This document shows, piece by piece, positions 1-14,700 of a DNA stretch of 64,000 nucleotides. Origin of the DNA: Chrysomallon squamiferum (Eukaryota; Animalia; Mollusca); contig CM022665.1 of assembly GCA_012295275.1 (NCBI GenBank), positions 4,340,001 to 4,404,000 on the forward strand, in the 5' to 3' direction. The translations under genes were made by a program, and so were the position numbers. The notes beneath the pieces were generated by a model, which saw only the letters and a list, made by a program, of their open reading frames with translations, searched no databases and was not told the DNA's origin. Every line of letters starts with the position of its first letter. Position 1 is the stretch's first letter.

Positions 1-490
1 ATTAACCATTAACAGTAAAATGTGTTAATTATATTAAACCATCCATTCGCTCGTTCGTTATTTAATGAATTAGATCATTCGTTCTAGTCAGATAGTTAAT
101 TGCAGAGATATAAATCCATATACTGAGTATTTTCTGCACACAGCTTAAAACATTTTAATGTTAGCCCAACATTGACAAGAGCTCGCTGTGATAAATATAT
201 TAAAACTTTCCTAGCACAGATCACTCACAAATGTTACAAGTATATCTAGCTATACTTACTTCATACTTCACATAAACCAGTGACATAACCTGTTGTTCAG
301 CTATCTTCAAGCCTTACTAAACACTTTTCTGACTGTCGCATATTAAAACATATATATATATATATCTGTATATACGTGAAGAGATACTCACAGACACAAG
401 CACAAGTACACACCTAACGCTTCATTTCACATAACTCAGTAAGACAATATCCGTCAGTTTTGCATTTATAGAAAGTAGAGTTTCCTTGGA

Positions 491-555
491 ACGATCGATC
501 CTAAGACCTCTCGCGTCTCAGCACCAGAAGAACTACAACAGGAGATGAACCCGCC
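491..555 (-). mobile_element. tRNA-derived SINE 5' head relic
   Basis: Minus strand ggcgggttcatctcctgttgtag...cgcgagaggtcttaggatcgatcg has a B-box-like GGATCGATC at the expected distance from a decayed A-box. Confidence 0.4.
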
Positions 556-2616
556 TCTACAGAGTCTGAGTAGGAAACTTTAATTAAACATAAGAAAAAT
601 GCGCATTGTAGATTTTAGAAAATTCAATTATTTCAAGCTTATTTGATGGATGGGACGAGCAATTACTGGTTGTAATTGGATTTTACAGCCGGTAAGTCGT
701 TTAGAGTGAAATTCGCAAATGAAATGAATTGTGATGATAACGGTAATCGTTATAATACACAGTAGGTCCAAATTAGCCAGGGCGGTGACTTGGGGGTGAA
801 CATTTACATTTTGTCTGGGTTGGATCTTTTGAAAGAAATGTTTGCTTGTTAGGAGGAGCAGTGAATCCATACGTGAAAATATAGCTAAATCTGTTATCAG
901 AAGTAAAATGGTTCACTTGTTTTAGCAAGACAACAATGACCACAGGGCTGAAGATGTGTTAATGAAATCTTGACAAAATGAGAACCTCTCCCACCCCAGA
1001 CAACATTCATAAACTCCCTAGCTAATACCTTCTCGTATGAGGTGAATCTGCATTAAACAATAACAGCAAAGAACTGAGAGATATCGTAAAGAAATAAGAT
1101 AAATAAATGTATCAAAACCGATGTTTAAAAGGCTGCAGCGATCTCGATGCTAGAAGAGTTGTAACATCTTACTTTTGGCGTATGTAAGAACATATTTCAA
1201 AACTGTTGACTGACTCATCCAACGAAAGTATTATTTCTTAACTGTAAAGAAAGACAGAGAGAAAAAAAAAAAAAAAAAAAAAAAGAAGAAGGAGGAAATG
1301 AAATCTAAAATGTCCAGGAATTTCATAATTTCTACAACGTTATATGTTCTCAATTTTATTTAAAGTTTAAAAATTCATGTTTTTCTTAGTTTTATTGATA
1401 TATTTCTTAAAAAAAAAAGCTAGATCAATACTTTACTAAACCCTCAGAATTTATTTAATTTTCATTTTCAAAGGCGTCTCCTCTTTTATTCATTCCTTGA
1501 ATTCTTATACTAATTTATTAAATCTTTTCTTACTTTTTTTAAACCCCCAAGATTTAATAAGGTTCTCCTTATTGAATCTCAGTTCATTAAGCTATTGTAC
1601 TCAATACCTTTATCATTGTTAAAACCGGTTCAAGTATTTTTAATACTAGGGGGGAAAAAAAAACTTCTTTTGTTTGATACGGTTCATTAACAATGCAGTC
1701 TTCTTCGACGTTGATTTTACAATCAGTTCATACGGTTTAGTTTTCTTACAGTTATTATTACTGCTACTGTTTCGTTAGGGAAATGACAAAAAATTCAATA
1801 TGAAATAGCATTCAGGTTTTAAGTATTTGTACTTAAGGAAATATATTGCATTATATCGCACGGTAAATCTATTTTTTGAAAAGGAATTTTCTTTCCATGT
1901 TGCAATATAAATTAAGCAAATCTCTTATCATCTCTTTATGTTTGTTTTTTTTTTTTTTTTATGGTAATGTTTTATTTATCGGACACTTTTAAAATGTTTT
2001 GTTTAATTTAAAATTTGTTCGTGTGTGTGTGTGTGTTGCTTTGTATATTTATATGCACGTGTTCGAGCATAATACACATACATAAACATTCATACATACA
2101 TACATACAAAGAGAGAGAGAATGAGAGAGAAAGAGAAATAGAGAGAATGAGAGAGAGAGAGAGAGAGAGAGGTGTGTGTGTGTGTGTGTTTAATGATCCA
2201 TTTGCAACACTTAGTGATTTGCTTGATGTTAGGATTCGCCTTTATGTGTTCGGAACAGACAAGTCTGCAAAAATGAGTGATTCTGTGGTTTCAAACAATT
2301 CAAATCCCCTACTCAAGGGTATAAAGTAATTACCAAGCAAGAAATCCTAGATCTGTTTTTAAAGCCAGATGCGGTCTCATTCATCAAAATGTGGAAATGA
2401 AATATATGTTCCACCTTCCCCTGGGTGAAACATCAAATTTCATGATGTTATTGATTTTTGCCCAATTCTTTACCTTGTTCTTATTTAAAGAACAAAAAAG
2501 TTCTCAATTCATCATATGTTTTTTTTTTCCCTGATGTAATAAGCGGAACTATAGACAAAAAGAAGGAAACAGAATAGAAAAGAGAAGACGCCAAAAAAAA
2601 AAAAAAAAAAAAAAAA

Positions 2617-2656
<40 letters not shown>

Positions 2657-3379
2657 TATGTGATTCCAAACAAGAAAACATAAGTAAAGAAAATAATATA
2701 ATAAACCCAGATGCACCAAACATTAAAATTTAATAAATATATATCATTCTGAAATATGGTATAAAATATTTCAAACACAAAGCGAGGGAAACTATATTCT
2801 TTCTACGTACTGACTACACACCGACATTATGAGATAAGGTGTAGCTATTAACAACGTTAAATTTACTTCTTTATATAGATTATATACGAGTATGGGCAAT
2901 TAGCTGATTTGAAGCATTACTATAATTATAATAATTCGAAGGCCGCGAGAATTCAAAAAGAAAAATTTAGGGAAAAAAGTAAAAGGGGGTAAAATGGTAT
3001 TATCAGAGAGCGATAATTATACACAATTGGCTGTTGACAAGTTTCAGGCGGTCGTTCCAAAGTTGGTTGGTCTGCACTAAAATGTGTGTTCAGTGATTAT
3101 CGAGAGCAGATGTGCTATCATAAACCAATCAATTATCACATCGACTGCTTTTGGGCGGCATCGGTCAACAGTTTAATAGATCGACTGGGGCCTAGAGAAT
3201 ACCGATAAGTGGTCACATCATCATATTTGCCACCATTTCTGCTTCCATGTTATGTGACACTATAAACAAAATTAGAGTAAATGCAATTTTGTTTTCTTCT
3301 TCTTATTTTTGTTTTCTTCCTTAAATGACGATGACAATGACGGTGGTAATTGGTAGTAGTAGCAGAATTAGTGAAAGTG

Positions 3380-3414
<35 letters not shown>

Positions 3415-5304
3415 ATATTTGTTTTGTATAAAAACCGTTCAATATATTTTAAGATTGATGGTCATTAGATGTCAGCTTTATTATTATTTTTTTTTTATAT
3501 TATTAAAGAGGAAACCTACTTTGGTCAGTTGGATTCTGTTATTGGTTAACATAGCACGAGATCTCTTATATGCACTACTAAGTGAACAGCGAAGAAAATG
3601 TAACGGCATTTGATGAACAAACAATGAAACATTAGCTGGAGCAAGAAATGGAAATAATAGTTCTAGTTCTAGTAGTAGTAGGCCTAATAGCAGCAGCAAC
3701 AGCAACAACAACAGTAGTAGCAATAACAGTAGTGGTAGCAGTATTAGCATTAATAGTTCTGCATGTAGACGTTACAGTAATAGAAATGGCAGCCATAATA
3801 ATATTACCCGTAGAAGTAATAGTAGTAGTAATATTAGTAGTAATAGCAGCAATATTAATATTAGTAGTAGAAGTGATAGTAGAAGTAGTGATAACAGCGG
3901 TTTTTGTAGTTTTTCACTTGTTATAATCTTCGTAAAACTGTAAAATGATCTGCACAGGTTAAGTTGGCGGTATTTTCTAAACTGATTCGTCAGAAAGTAC
4001 AAAATCAGAATATCTGGGATAATTATATTAAAGTTTCAAATAACCGATTTTTTCTTTTCCTTTCATTAGAGCTAGGACATCGATTTTCTTCTCAGAAATG
4101 GCGTGCTTGATTGGACAGCCGAAACAAAAGCAAATTAATTATTTTTGATACAGACTTCTTAAACTGCAGCGAAGTATTTCTTGTTCAGAATCTCGGAACG
4201 AAATTAAAAGAATGAAAGTAAAAACAAGAATTGAAAAAACTTAAAACAAACAACACAGGAACGAAAGAACTAGCAAAGATAAAAAGAAAAAGAAAAAAAA
4301 AAAAAAAAAAAAAAAAAGAAAGAAAAAGATGAAAAGCAACAACAAAAACAAAACAAAGAAAAATGTCACAACTCCCCCCAAAAAAAAACCAAACAACAAA
4401 CAAACAACAGAAAGAAAAGAAAAGAAAAGAAAAGAAAGAAAGAAAAAAATAGAAAATCTAAAATTTACGAGAATAAATGAGAAACAAGATAATTTTATTA
4501 TTCGGAATTCGGTTTTATCCATTCTAATCGATCATTTGCAATTAGGCGTTTGGATCAAACTAATTTAATTAATTTGATTGTCATGTAAGAATAATGAAAT
4601 TTGAAATTTCTAGCATTTGAAAGTAAAAAAAAAAAACTTGGAATAAAATTCTTTGAAAATACACAAAATGTTAACTAATGCTTTAAAATTAAGTTCAGCA
4701 GCCCCTACAAACCAAATCATACATGAAAAATCCTTCCAGCAACAAACTGAAGTAAATTTGTATTTGACAGCCAGATTCAACCACAAATAAATGAGAAGTA
4801 ATAACTCCAGAAGTAACAGGTAGAGGACAGACAATACAGATTAGACCATAGCAACCACAGACAAGGAAAAAATAACAACAAAACCTTTTTTTTTAAAAAC
4901 CCATTATAGTTCTTTCTCTACAAATAAATAGTGAAATAACTAATTTATATATTTCGCCACTTCGAATATGACATAAACTGGATTTAAAAAAGAAGAAGAA
5001 GAAAAAGAAGACGAAGGTGTAGAAGAAGAAAAAAATCATGATAAGACCTTTAAATACATGGATCCATAAAAGTTCACAGAGAATTAATTCTATTTGATCA
5101 TGTTTGAACGCAGAAAGTATCAGAATAATGTTGTAAAAATGTTTATCGCTCAAACCACTCAGTTTCACGCTTGTACGCTCTTGTTTAAAACCGCTTTCCT
5201 TTTCCTTCATTACATCAGTCTTGAAATCACTTTAAATTACATTCATGGAGTAAATTATGTTAGCATGTTTCCATGTTTCTAAGAAAAAGAAGTAGAAGAA
5301 AGAA

Positions 5305-5340
<36 letters not shown>

Positions 5341-6432
5341 ATAATAATAATAATAATAAAAAATAAATAAATAATAAAATAAAAAAATAAAAAATACAAT
5401 AATAAAAAATAAGCCCCGAAGGGTAGAGTGACCTTTTAGCTCCCCTTATTAATTTTTGCCTTCTCTTTTCATTTAAAATAAATCTCTGTTTTCCCCTTGA
5501 AAGCACATTCAATATGCGCAACAGAGACTAAAGCAATTTTTACTAAATCCCTGGATTCACACTTGTAAAGAAGAAGAAGAAGACTGGGAAGAGAGAAAAA
5601 AGAAACAGAGAAACAAGAACAGAATGAGAAAAAGAAGAGGTAAAAAAAAAAAAAAAAAAAAAAAGATGAAGCAGTAGAGAAAGGAGAAGAAAAGAAAAAG
5701 AAGCAGAAGAAAAATAGGAAGAGAAAGAAGAAGACGAAGAAGACAAAACGGTCAGCAGGAGAAACCTGAAGGACGATACTATGCAATGTTTTGGACATTT
5801 ACGTGATTGTTTTCATGTAATCGGAAACGAAGTCGAAGAATCCATATTGAAATGACAGTTGAATATATTCCAATCATTCTGGTCATCGATTTGTAAATTA
5901 GATTTCTAGAAATAATTTTCGCTGATTCTCCGCTTGGCATTTATTTTGTTCGACAAAAATCAGCCTTATATAGGACTTGCTAGTTGCAAAATCAAATTAT
6001 CGCCTTTAGCATTATTCAAATACAATCAACGAAATATCGCTTTCCAAAATATGTAAAATTCTAATACATTAAGGCTAAAACCTTTTGACAGTTTGGTAAA
6101 AGCCGTTGAGTGTAAGCTTTTTCGATAAAAATTTAATTAAAGAAATAAAGGGAATGCTTAATGAATCAGTAGCGGACGTTTGTGTGACGTCAGTTTAAAA
6201 GAAAATGCCAAATATATAGATAACTTAAATTTCTTTGATTATTATTTTTTTTTGTTCTCAAATGTTCAATACTTTATTAAATAAATTCCTCGAGTGTGGT
6301 TTGAAGATGTAGATTTAGCTCTCTGTTAAATCTAATATTGTCTTCATTAACAAACAAGTAATATTTCATCACTTTGAGACAGGGATGGCGTATTTAAACT
6401 TTATAATTTAATAAATTCCCAGACTCATTATA

Positions 6433-7116
6433 GCTGCTGTTAAATCATCGGTTTGGGACTCAGTATCGCTGATGTTAAATAATCGATTTGGGACTCAGTA
6501 TCGCTGATGTTAAATCATCGATTTGGGACTCAGTATCGCTGATGTTAAATCATCGGTTTGGGACTCAGTATCGCTGCTGTTAAATCATCGATTTGGGACT
6601 CAGTACCGCTGCTGTTAAATCATCGGTTTGGGACTCAGTATCGCTGCTGTTAAATCATCGATTTGGGACTCAGTATCGCTGCTGTTAAATCATCGGTTTG
6701 GGACTCAGTATCGCTGATGTTAAATCATCGATTTGGAACTCAGTATCGCTGCTGTTAAATCATCGGTTTGGGACTCAGTATCGCTGATGTTAAATCATCG
6801 ATTTGGAACTCAGTACCGCTGCTGTTAAATCATCGGTTTGGGACTCAGTATCGCCGCTGTTAAATCATCGATTTGGGACTCAGTACCGCTGCTGTTAAAT
6901 CATCGGTTTGGGACTCAGTATCGCTGATGTTAAATCATCGATTTGGGACTCAGTACCGCTGCTGTTAAATCATCGGTTTGGGACTCAGTATCGCTGATGT
7001 TAAATCATCGATTTGGGACTCAGTATCGCCGCTGTTAAATAATCGATTTGGGACTAAGAATCGCCGCTGTTAAATCATCGATTTGGGACTAAGTATCGCC
7101 GCTGTTAAATCATCGA
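6433..7116 (+). repeat. 35-bp minisatellite, ~19.5 copies (GCTGMTGTTAAATCATCGRTTTGGGACTCAGTAYC)
   Basis: Units start every 35 nt from 6433 to 7098, head-to-tail with no spacers. Confidence 0.98.
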
Positions 7117-9695
7117 CCTAAAGATTTTCATGCAGTTGAATCGTTTCTTGACCTCAAGAACTAAATGGGAAGATGAAAAATCTCTATGCTTTATTTTTTC
7201 TATAGCAGTCTATCAACACACTAATGCTACACTGGCTTCCCAGCAAACAACTGACATAATCAAAAGGTAACCACAACTTTATGGTTTGGTTTTATTTTGG
7301 TTATTAAAACAAATTATGACCAAGGCTTCTAAACCAAGACAGAAGTGCTTGAACCGTAACTGAATATAAACACTAGATGAATTACATATAAATAAGTAAT
7401 TGTTAATAAATGAAGATGGGAGAAAAACCCTCGTTTAACATCTTTAAATTTTCCGAACGAGCTTTTTATTCACGGAATATCGAAACTGCAGTTGTTCTTC
7501 ATCACGTTAGCCTTTACAGTTTCTATCTTGAATTATTCGAAATTAATTTCGCAAAATCACGACTTCCGATACGGTTAAAATAATTTGCGTCAGAACTTCA
7601 TTAGGCTACCTACAGTCAACTGTTATTATTACCTCGTTAAAACCGTCTACACAGAAATCGTTTTAAAGAAGATTTTTCACGAAGCGATCTGTCGCACTGG
7701 GTAAAAGATGATGTTCTTTCTTCTTTTTTTTTAATTTGAAAATTTAGTTTTGTTATCGATCATCCGGGAACACCAACGTTTTAGTAATTATGCAGCGAAC
7801 GAAAGTTCGATATTGCAAAACAGAATCCATTAACTGAGGCTGATTTGGATGCGAAACATTAGCCATCGTATTTGATGTGAAATCAGGTAACCGGCTTTAA
7901 GTAAGTAAGTAATTGAAATGTGCTGTTATCTGACCACCATTGCGAGTAAACTTAATACCTTAATTTTCTAACATCATTGTTTGCTATTGTTTTATTGTTT
8001 AGTTTTATATGACGAAATTTAAAATGTTATGAAGCAAACAGGTAATAACAAATTGTGGATAAATCCAAATAGATCATGTCAAACCATTATAAAAGACAAA
8101 TTGGTTATGTCGAATGATGTTTAGAGACAAAAATAAAAACCAGTAATGCATTGCAGTTTCAAACCGTACTCATTTTGTGGATTACGTAATGTTTCAAACT
8201 GGCGAATACCAAAGATGGCGAGTGTTTAGCTGAAATTTTTCTGAATATTGGAAGTCATCTCTAACTTATCGACCCATCCAAGTAATCCATACAATTTCCC
8301 GCTGACAAATGTAATCTGTAAACATTTTAGAAATTATTTATTGTAGATTCTAGACAAAATGTAAAACTGTTCAAGAGTGCGTTGAAGAAAGCAGAGATAT
8401 AAAAATTTATATTTATTTCAACCTTCAAAAATATCTTCCATTAGATAAAAAAAACTCATATCTTTTTTTGTTTGTTTTTCGTTTCCTATTTTTTCCTCTG
8501 TGAATGTGTTTTATTTGGGATGGTAGTATTAAGACCAGTAATGTCAACACATTAAAACTGTGTATTATTTGGGTTTGTAATAATATCCGTGAATTAAACC
8601 AATGTGTTCTAGGAGAGTATTATTCACACAACTAACATGCATAAACAAAACAGTATGTTTAATCTGGATCCATTTTGTTAACATACCTCGAAATATCCAT
8701 AAGTTAAAACAACATTTTCTCTTTGATGTATTTTATCAGCTTTTTAATAAACAATGTATTATATCCGATGTAATACTATCTGCATAACTAATATCTTTAA
8801 ATTAAAATCGTGTTGTGATACCCTAATTTCTGCTGTTAATGGTTAAAAACAGGCGACGTATGAGAATCAGAAACGACTTCCTTTCTGCTTGAGACAATAA
8901 CCAATATTTGCTGAAATAGTTCGTGAGATAATCGGACATAAACCGCGAAACAATACTGAGTTGGACTGCTAATATCAGATAAACAATCGTCACAAATCCA
9001 AATAAAATACGCTTCGTCGTGAGGCAGCAATTAGATGACTGTAAATATAACGTATTGATCCAACCAAATGCGCGTTCTGTGACTCGGAATGAACTGAATG
9101 GTCGACAAACCTCGCCGATATGGCGGACATTAACGAAATGGTATTAACAGTATTTGCAAAACAGTCTGGGTCTGGATGTCTCTATCATTTGCACATCACG
9201 AAGACAATTCAGCCTCTGATTCTATTTTTAACTTAGACGAAGAAGCAAACTCATTAAATAATGAAAATAATAATAATAATAATATCCAAAACAAATTTAC
9301 AAAACAACCCCCCCCCCAAAAAAAAAAAAAAAAAAAAAAAAAAAATAATAATAATATTAATAAAAAATTAAATACATAAAAAATAAATAAACGACAATTA
9401 TAAAAATAAAAAAAGCGGCCATGATGGAATATCTGTTTTATTAGAGACAAATTTATCTCTCGCCTTTTAACTCCTATTTCATATTTTGTTTCTTGTTACT
9501 GTATGCTAGTTTCTTTCTTTCTCTTTTTTTCTGTTTTCGCAGTGAAATTAAGTTTACAACACCCAGTTGTCGTAGGACTTGAAAGCTAGTAAACTTTGTT
9601 CTTTAACGATTTCACTGAATAAAATGGAAGACCAGTATGAAAATGGAACATCATCATATATCATCATGATGGTGACTAATAAAAATAGTTGTACA

Positions 9696-9728
<33 letters not shown>

Positions 9729-11592
9729 GCTACTGCTACAACTACTACTACTAATAACAACAACAACTAGTAATAATAATAACAACAGTAATTGTAGTAT
9801 TATTAGTAGTTGTGGTAGTCTTATTATTATTAGTAGTAGTAATAGTAGCAGTAGTAGTAGAAATAGTAGTAACTGTAACAGCACGTTTAATGTTTGTATT
9901 AATAGTAATAATGGTATCAATGTTGATGGTAATGACGATAACGCAAATATGAATAAATTCATGAAAAACTATCTGAATGCAAATCTCTTCAAAACATTAT
10001 TTGTTAATTAGTTTCAATTATCTGAACTTGAAAACGAATCAAGGAATGAAATAATATAACAGATCATATTACTGTAGCGAGATAAACAAATGAACCAGGT
10101 AAATTCTTGGGATTAAGGCCAACAGAAATCTTTATCAAACTAATCGTCATTACAGTTTATAAGTTTGTTGAATCTTGCATATTAACAGACAGTCCACGAT
10201 CATTTCGAGCGTTTGTGACTGATGACAGTTTTAGCGCATCTCTTGCATTATTCATTTTATTACATAACACAGCCGGTACTATTGTCAGTTTGCACTTTTT
10301 AAATGAGATTTTAAATAATTTATCTCTAACAGTTTCTACCGGAGTTCATAAATTAATAAACAGAAGGGAAAGGAAATTGGTTTTTATTTTTTTCTGTCAC
10401 GTTTTCTTAGAAAAATGAAAAATAAAAATGGCTGCGAAATTTGCCAGGAGACTTCAGTATAGGGTTCCAGCCTGCTGGGAAAAACAATATAATAATACAA
10501 ACAAAAAAAAAGAAAGAAAAATCAAGACGAATAAAAAGAAGTAGATTAAAAAAGGAAAATATCTCGTCATTTGCTTGGCTGATATTCATCAATTTACAGG
10601 TGCAACATCGATTGCCTAAAATTAGTCGGTCTATAATTTACCAATTAGGCAAATACTTTTTGCTTATTTTCTTCATCTTCTTACTTTGTTGAAAAGGTCA
10701 AATGAGGAAATCGATTAAGAGGCTGTATCAAAAAAAAAAAAAAAAAAAAAAAAAAAGATTTTGAATTAGCATTACTGTAATTTATTACCGCAAAAAAGTC
10801 AAGAAAAACGGAGTTATTTCAAGTTATCTTTAGCTACTTAAACTGTACCAACGGGCATTAAGAACAGCTAAAATAAATGCATTTTATATAATTTCGGATG
10901 ATTTTCTTTTGCCTCCTGGTTTCCATTTACGTGCTCATAATAAAGGATGACAAGAAAATAACAAATGTCGAGGTTGTTGACCATTTGTGTTGGTAACGTC
11001 ATCACTGTTCGAAGAAACTGAAAACTATTCCTGACAAGCGGTAAATACCTGCCTCTGTTGTAATCATTTACTAATTGTGCCATATATTTTTTTTTTTCTT
11101 CTAATTTCTATTTACGAAAAGACGTCAGGATAAAATAAGAAAATATCGGCAATTTTTGCGTTGTCGTGCTTATTATTTCATCGTTATCTTTCGTTGTTAG
11201 TCAACAATAAAAATAACCTTGAAGTATTAAAAATCTGTAGAAAAAAAAGAAAGAAAAAGAAGTCGACGTCGAAGAAAATCGGTTCAAAAAAGTTAATCAC
11301 TTATTCATTTAACGAGCGTCAGAACAGTCCTGATTGTAGCTGGTGGAAAATCAGACGTTTCACTGGTTCGTGGTCGTAGACGTTCACAGGTGCTCGATCT
11401 TGCCAGACGACGTATACCCCGGAGAATACAGCATTAGCTGAAACAGTTCTGAGACACATTAATGTGTCTGTTGCAGTCTGGCTGTCGAGACTACTAGGCC
11501 AAAAGATATAGTTTTCTTAAAGAAAGAAAAAACCCATTAAGAATAACTCTGTTATTTATTATAATTAAACCATTTTTTTTTTTTTTAATAAT

Positions 11593-11627
<35 letters not shown>

Positions 11628-11724
11628 AAAAAAAGAGAAGAAAAGTAAACGATAATGATATTGTTTTTGTTGTCTGACATCCGATATTCGCTTCAGTGCA
11701 ATATCTGATTATATAAATATACAC

Positions 11725-11758
<34 letters not shown>

Positions 11759-14700
11759 ATTATGATTACTGATTTTATATAATTATCCAGGAGAAAACAT
11801 CTTCCACACTGGAACCCAAAGAGAAATGTTGGATGGTTTCGGAAGCAAACAGTCCCCACCCCCCCAAAACAAACAACAATGTACGAAAATAATGGAGCAG
11901 AAAGAAAATCTTTTATACAGCATGCACTCAATGAATCAAAGATAGATACATACATACATACGTTCATTTATAATTAAATTATGTAGTATATAGAACTTCA
12001 CGTTTTCAGCATTTTTTAAAATCAAATAATCAGTACCCTCTCTGTCCATTTTTGATAGCTGAAACATTTCAAGGCAGCGATGATATAAACAGATGAAGCA
12101 TTTGGCAGGCAATAAAATAAAATTGTGAAAAGACCCATTAACGACAAGAAGTGTCGGAACGGCTAACGAACCCTCGACGATAATGGTGTGAATTCAACGT
12201 GACAAAACGTCATCCTGAAATGACTTCTATTGACGTCTGCACAAAAACCAGACGGTAACCATCTTATTGATTATCCAGTGATACGTGCGACCCACTAACA
12301 GCTCAGGGCAATGAATATCAGAACTGTTTTGAAAAGTGCGGTAACCCAAAGATGGGGACAAAAAAAATAACAGAAGAACAATCAAAAACAAAACAATTTT
12401 TTTTTTTTTTTTTTTATAGAATGCGTTTGAGCGAGTTAGATTAAGAACAAGAAAATAAAATAATTTCCCGATATCAAAGTAGAAAATCGTTTCATTCATG
12501 ATATATATATATATATATTTTGTTGCAAAAAAACCCCACCTCAATATCCATATGTGAGTTCTTCTTAGTGCTGTATTGAAACTAAGCTATTGTTTCTTGT
12601 TTATAAGCTATTGATCCCACATAGGTTAATGTGGAAGAAATAGTTTGGTAATCAAACTTTGTTATCTGCCAAAGCAGCCGTGAGCTAGCAGTATCTGGGA
12701 TCTTTGAAAGTCATTAATACCAGATTGTTTATGTTATGGTTTGGGAAGTGGAATTTACTTGTCGAAGATTTGATTTCTTTTAAATTTATATAGAAGTATA
12801 ACTGGAAAAAAAGGGGTTAAAAAAAAAAATAGCCTAAAACCATTTTTCATTTAAACAGAGATAATTTATGTATCGTTACAATACGGCTGTACAAATAACA
12901 CGTGTCACTTTTCTAGTGTTAACATCATTAGAAGAACAACGCTTATCAGGCGCAGTTGGAGAGTGACACATAACTGTCCATTACTGGAGTCTTACACAAC
13001 ATTTAATGTGATATACTGCCTTGTTTCTGGAGCAATAAAATCGATCTGCGGCTCTAAAAGTGATAAAAAGGCAATAGTAAGCGACACTGCGTTCACGTCG
13101 TGGAAGTAATGACAACTACTGGACGAAAGACGTCACTCTTGTAGACAATTTACTTTCGCCTGTATACCTAGTCTCATGGAACCGATGATGTGCTAGGGCC
13201 AAAAATAATTTCTAATATATCGAAAGGCAAATTGTTTCCAGCACATCAAGTTTTTGGTCATCTGACAGTCATTTGTTACTCAAATTAAATTTCGCTCTTG
13301 TTCTTGTATCTGGTTTTTACCGAATCTTCGTTGGTGCATTCGTGCGAATACTGAACAAAGAAACTACCACGCGCACGCTTCGCTGAAGTCCCAGCGATAA
13401 TTTAAAAGATGTTGACTTAGTTTGACGCAAGTCTTATATGAGTTTTGTTTCCAATAAAGCCAATAACCACACAGTTAAACTTTTTCAGCCCCGAAAAGCT
13501 AAAATCAAAACAAAATCTTTCGTTTACCTCAGTAGAAGCTGAATCCCTGTTATTATAATAAGAAAACAGGAAATTAAGAAAATTAATTTTAGACTTCAAA
13601 CAGTCCTTTTTGCATTCTTTTTCTAGATGCTGATACCGATCAATAATACACTGGGTTTACAAGACTTGACAAAAAAAACCCCAAAAAAATAAAAAAAAAT
13701 AATAATAATAAAAAACTAAATAAAGATAAATAAAGAAAATAAAGAAAATATTTTTGATCTGAAATGTTCTTTCCTACTGTTTCCTAATTGATATAATACG
13801 ATAACTCCAAATTGTGAAGTCTACGAGTTGCATGCTTTTCCAACGTCAGTGTTCTGAACATCAATACATTAATTTTCTTAGACCAGGAAAACGAAAGTAA
13901 TTGATCTGAAACTAAAGCAGTTGTATACAATGCATCCCAGACGCTATGTCTGTTATTTCGAGATACTGTTTCCGAAAACCAAGATTAATTTTCTTAGACC
14001 AGAGAATCTCATTATTTTAAAATTTAAAGAAAAAAAAATGTCTTCTAAAAAGTTGTATCCGATTGAATAAAATAATAAAACTCAGAAATAAATAAACCTA
14101 AGATGTACATCGGTTCAAACATTTGTGAAACATGCTTTACCTAGCTGTTGATTCTGAATACAAAGACACAGGTTTATTTAGAGTAACTGATTCAAAGTCG
14201 TTTTAAAAACAGTTGTATCCGAATTAATGCAGTTAAAAAATCATATTAAAAAAAAAAAACCAGCGAAATGATACGGGTCAGAATGACTTTCAGCGCAAAA
14301 TGTCATAAGGCATGCACTTCCGATTTACACATTTTCAACGACAAAACGTCAAAGCAGTTCGTAGTTTTATTTACTTTTAACATTGCCAGTAAAATTAAAC
14401 CGAAAAACGTCTCAGGTTACAGCCAAAACAAAAACCTGAAATGGAACGAACTTGTAATCGGACATGAATGTTTTTGTAATAACTCTGAAGAGATGTAAAA
14501 TCGAAGATGTATATTGTTATATCGCGTAAGTTAGACATTAATGATGATATAAAACAACAACTATACTAAAACAATATTGATTACTGCAGACTTCTTTGTA
14601 TGACATCACTAGCGACAAAAGCATTTTTAAGTGCAGTTCAAACAACGATTGCCAGTACTTATCGAAAACATTGCATTGTTGTTGCACAGCATAGCGACCG

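Noticed and set aside
491-555. tRNA gene
   Set aside because: Only a decayed B-box-like motif is present with no cloverleaf; it is better explained as a SINE head.
6433-7116. 35-bp repeats as a CRISPR array
   Set aside because: The units are contiguous with no unique spacers, the context is eukaryotic and there are no cas genes.
11316-11440. Short exon-like GC-richer segment open on both strands
   Set aside because: It gives peptides of 40 aa or less with no motif, and it has no partner exon in a compatible phase.
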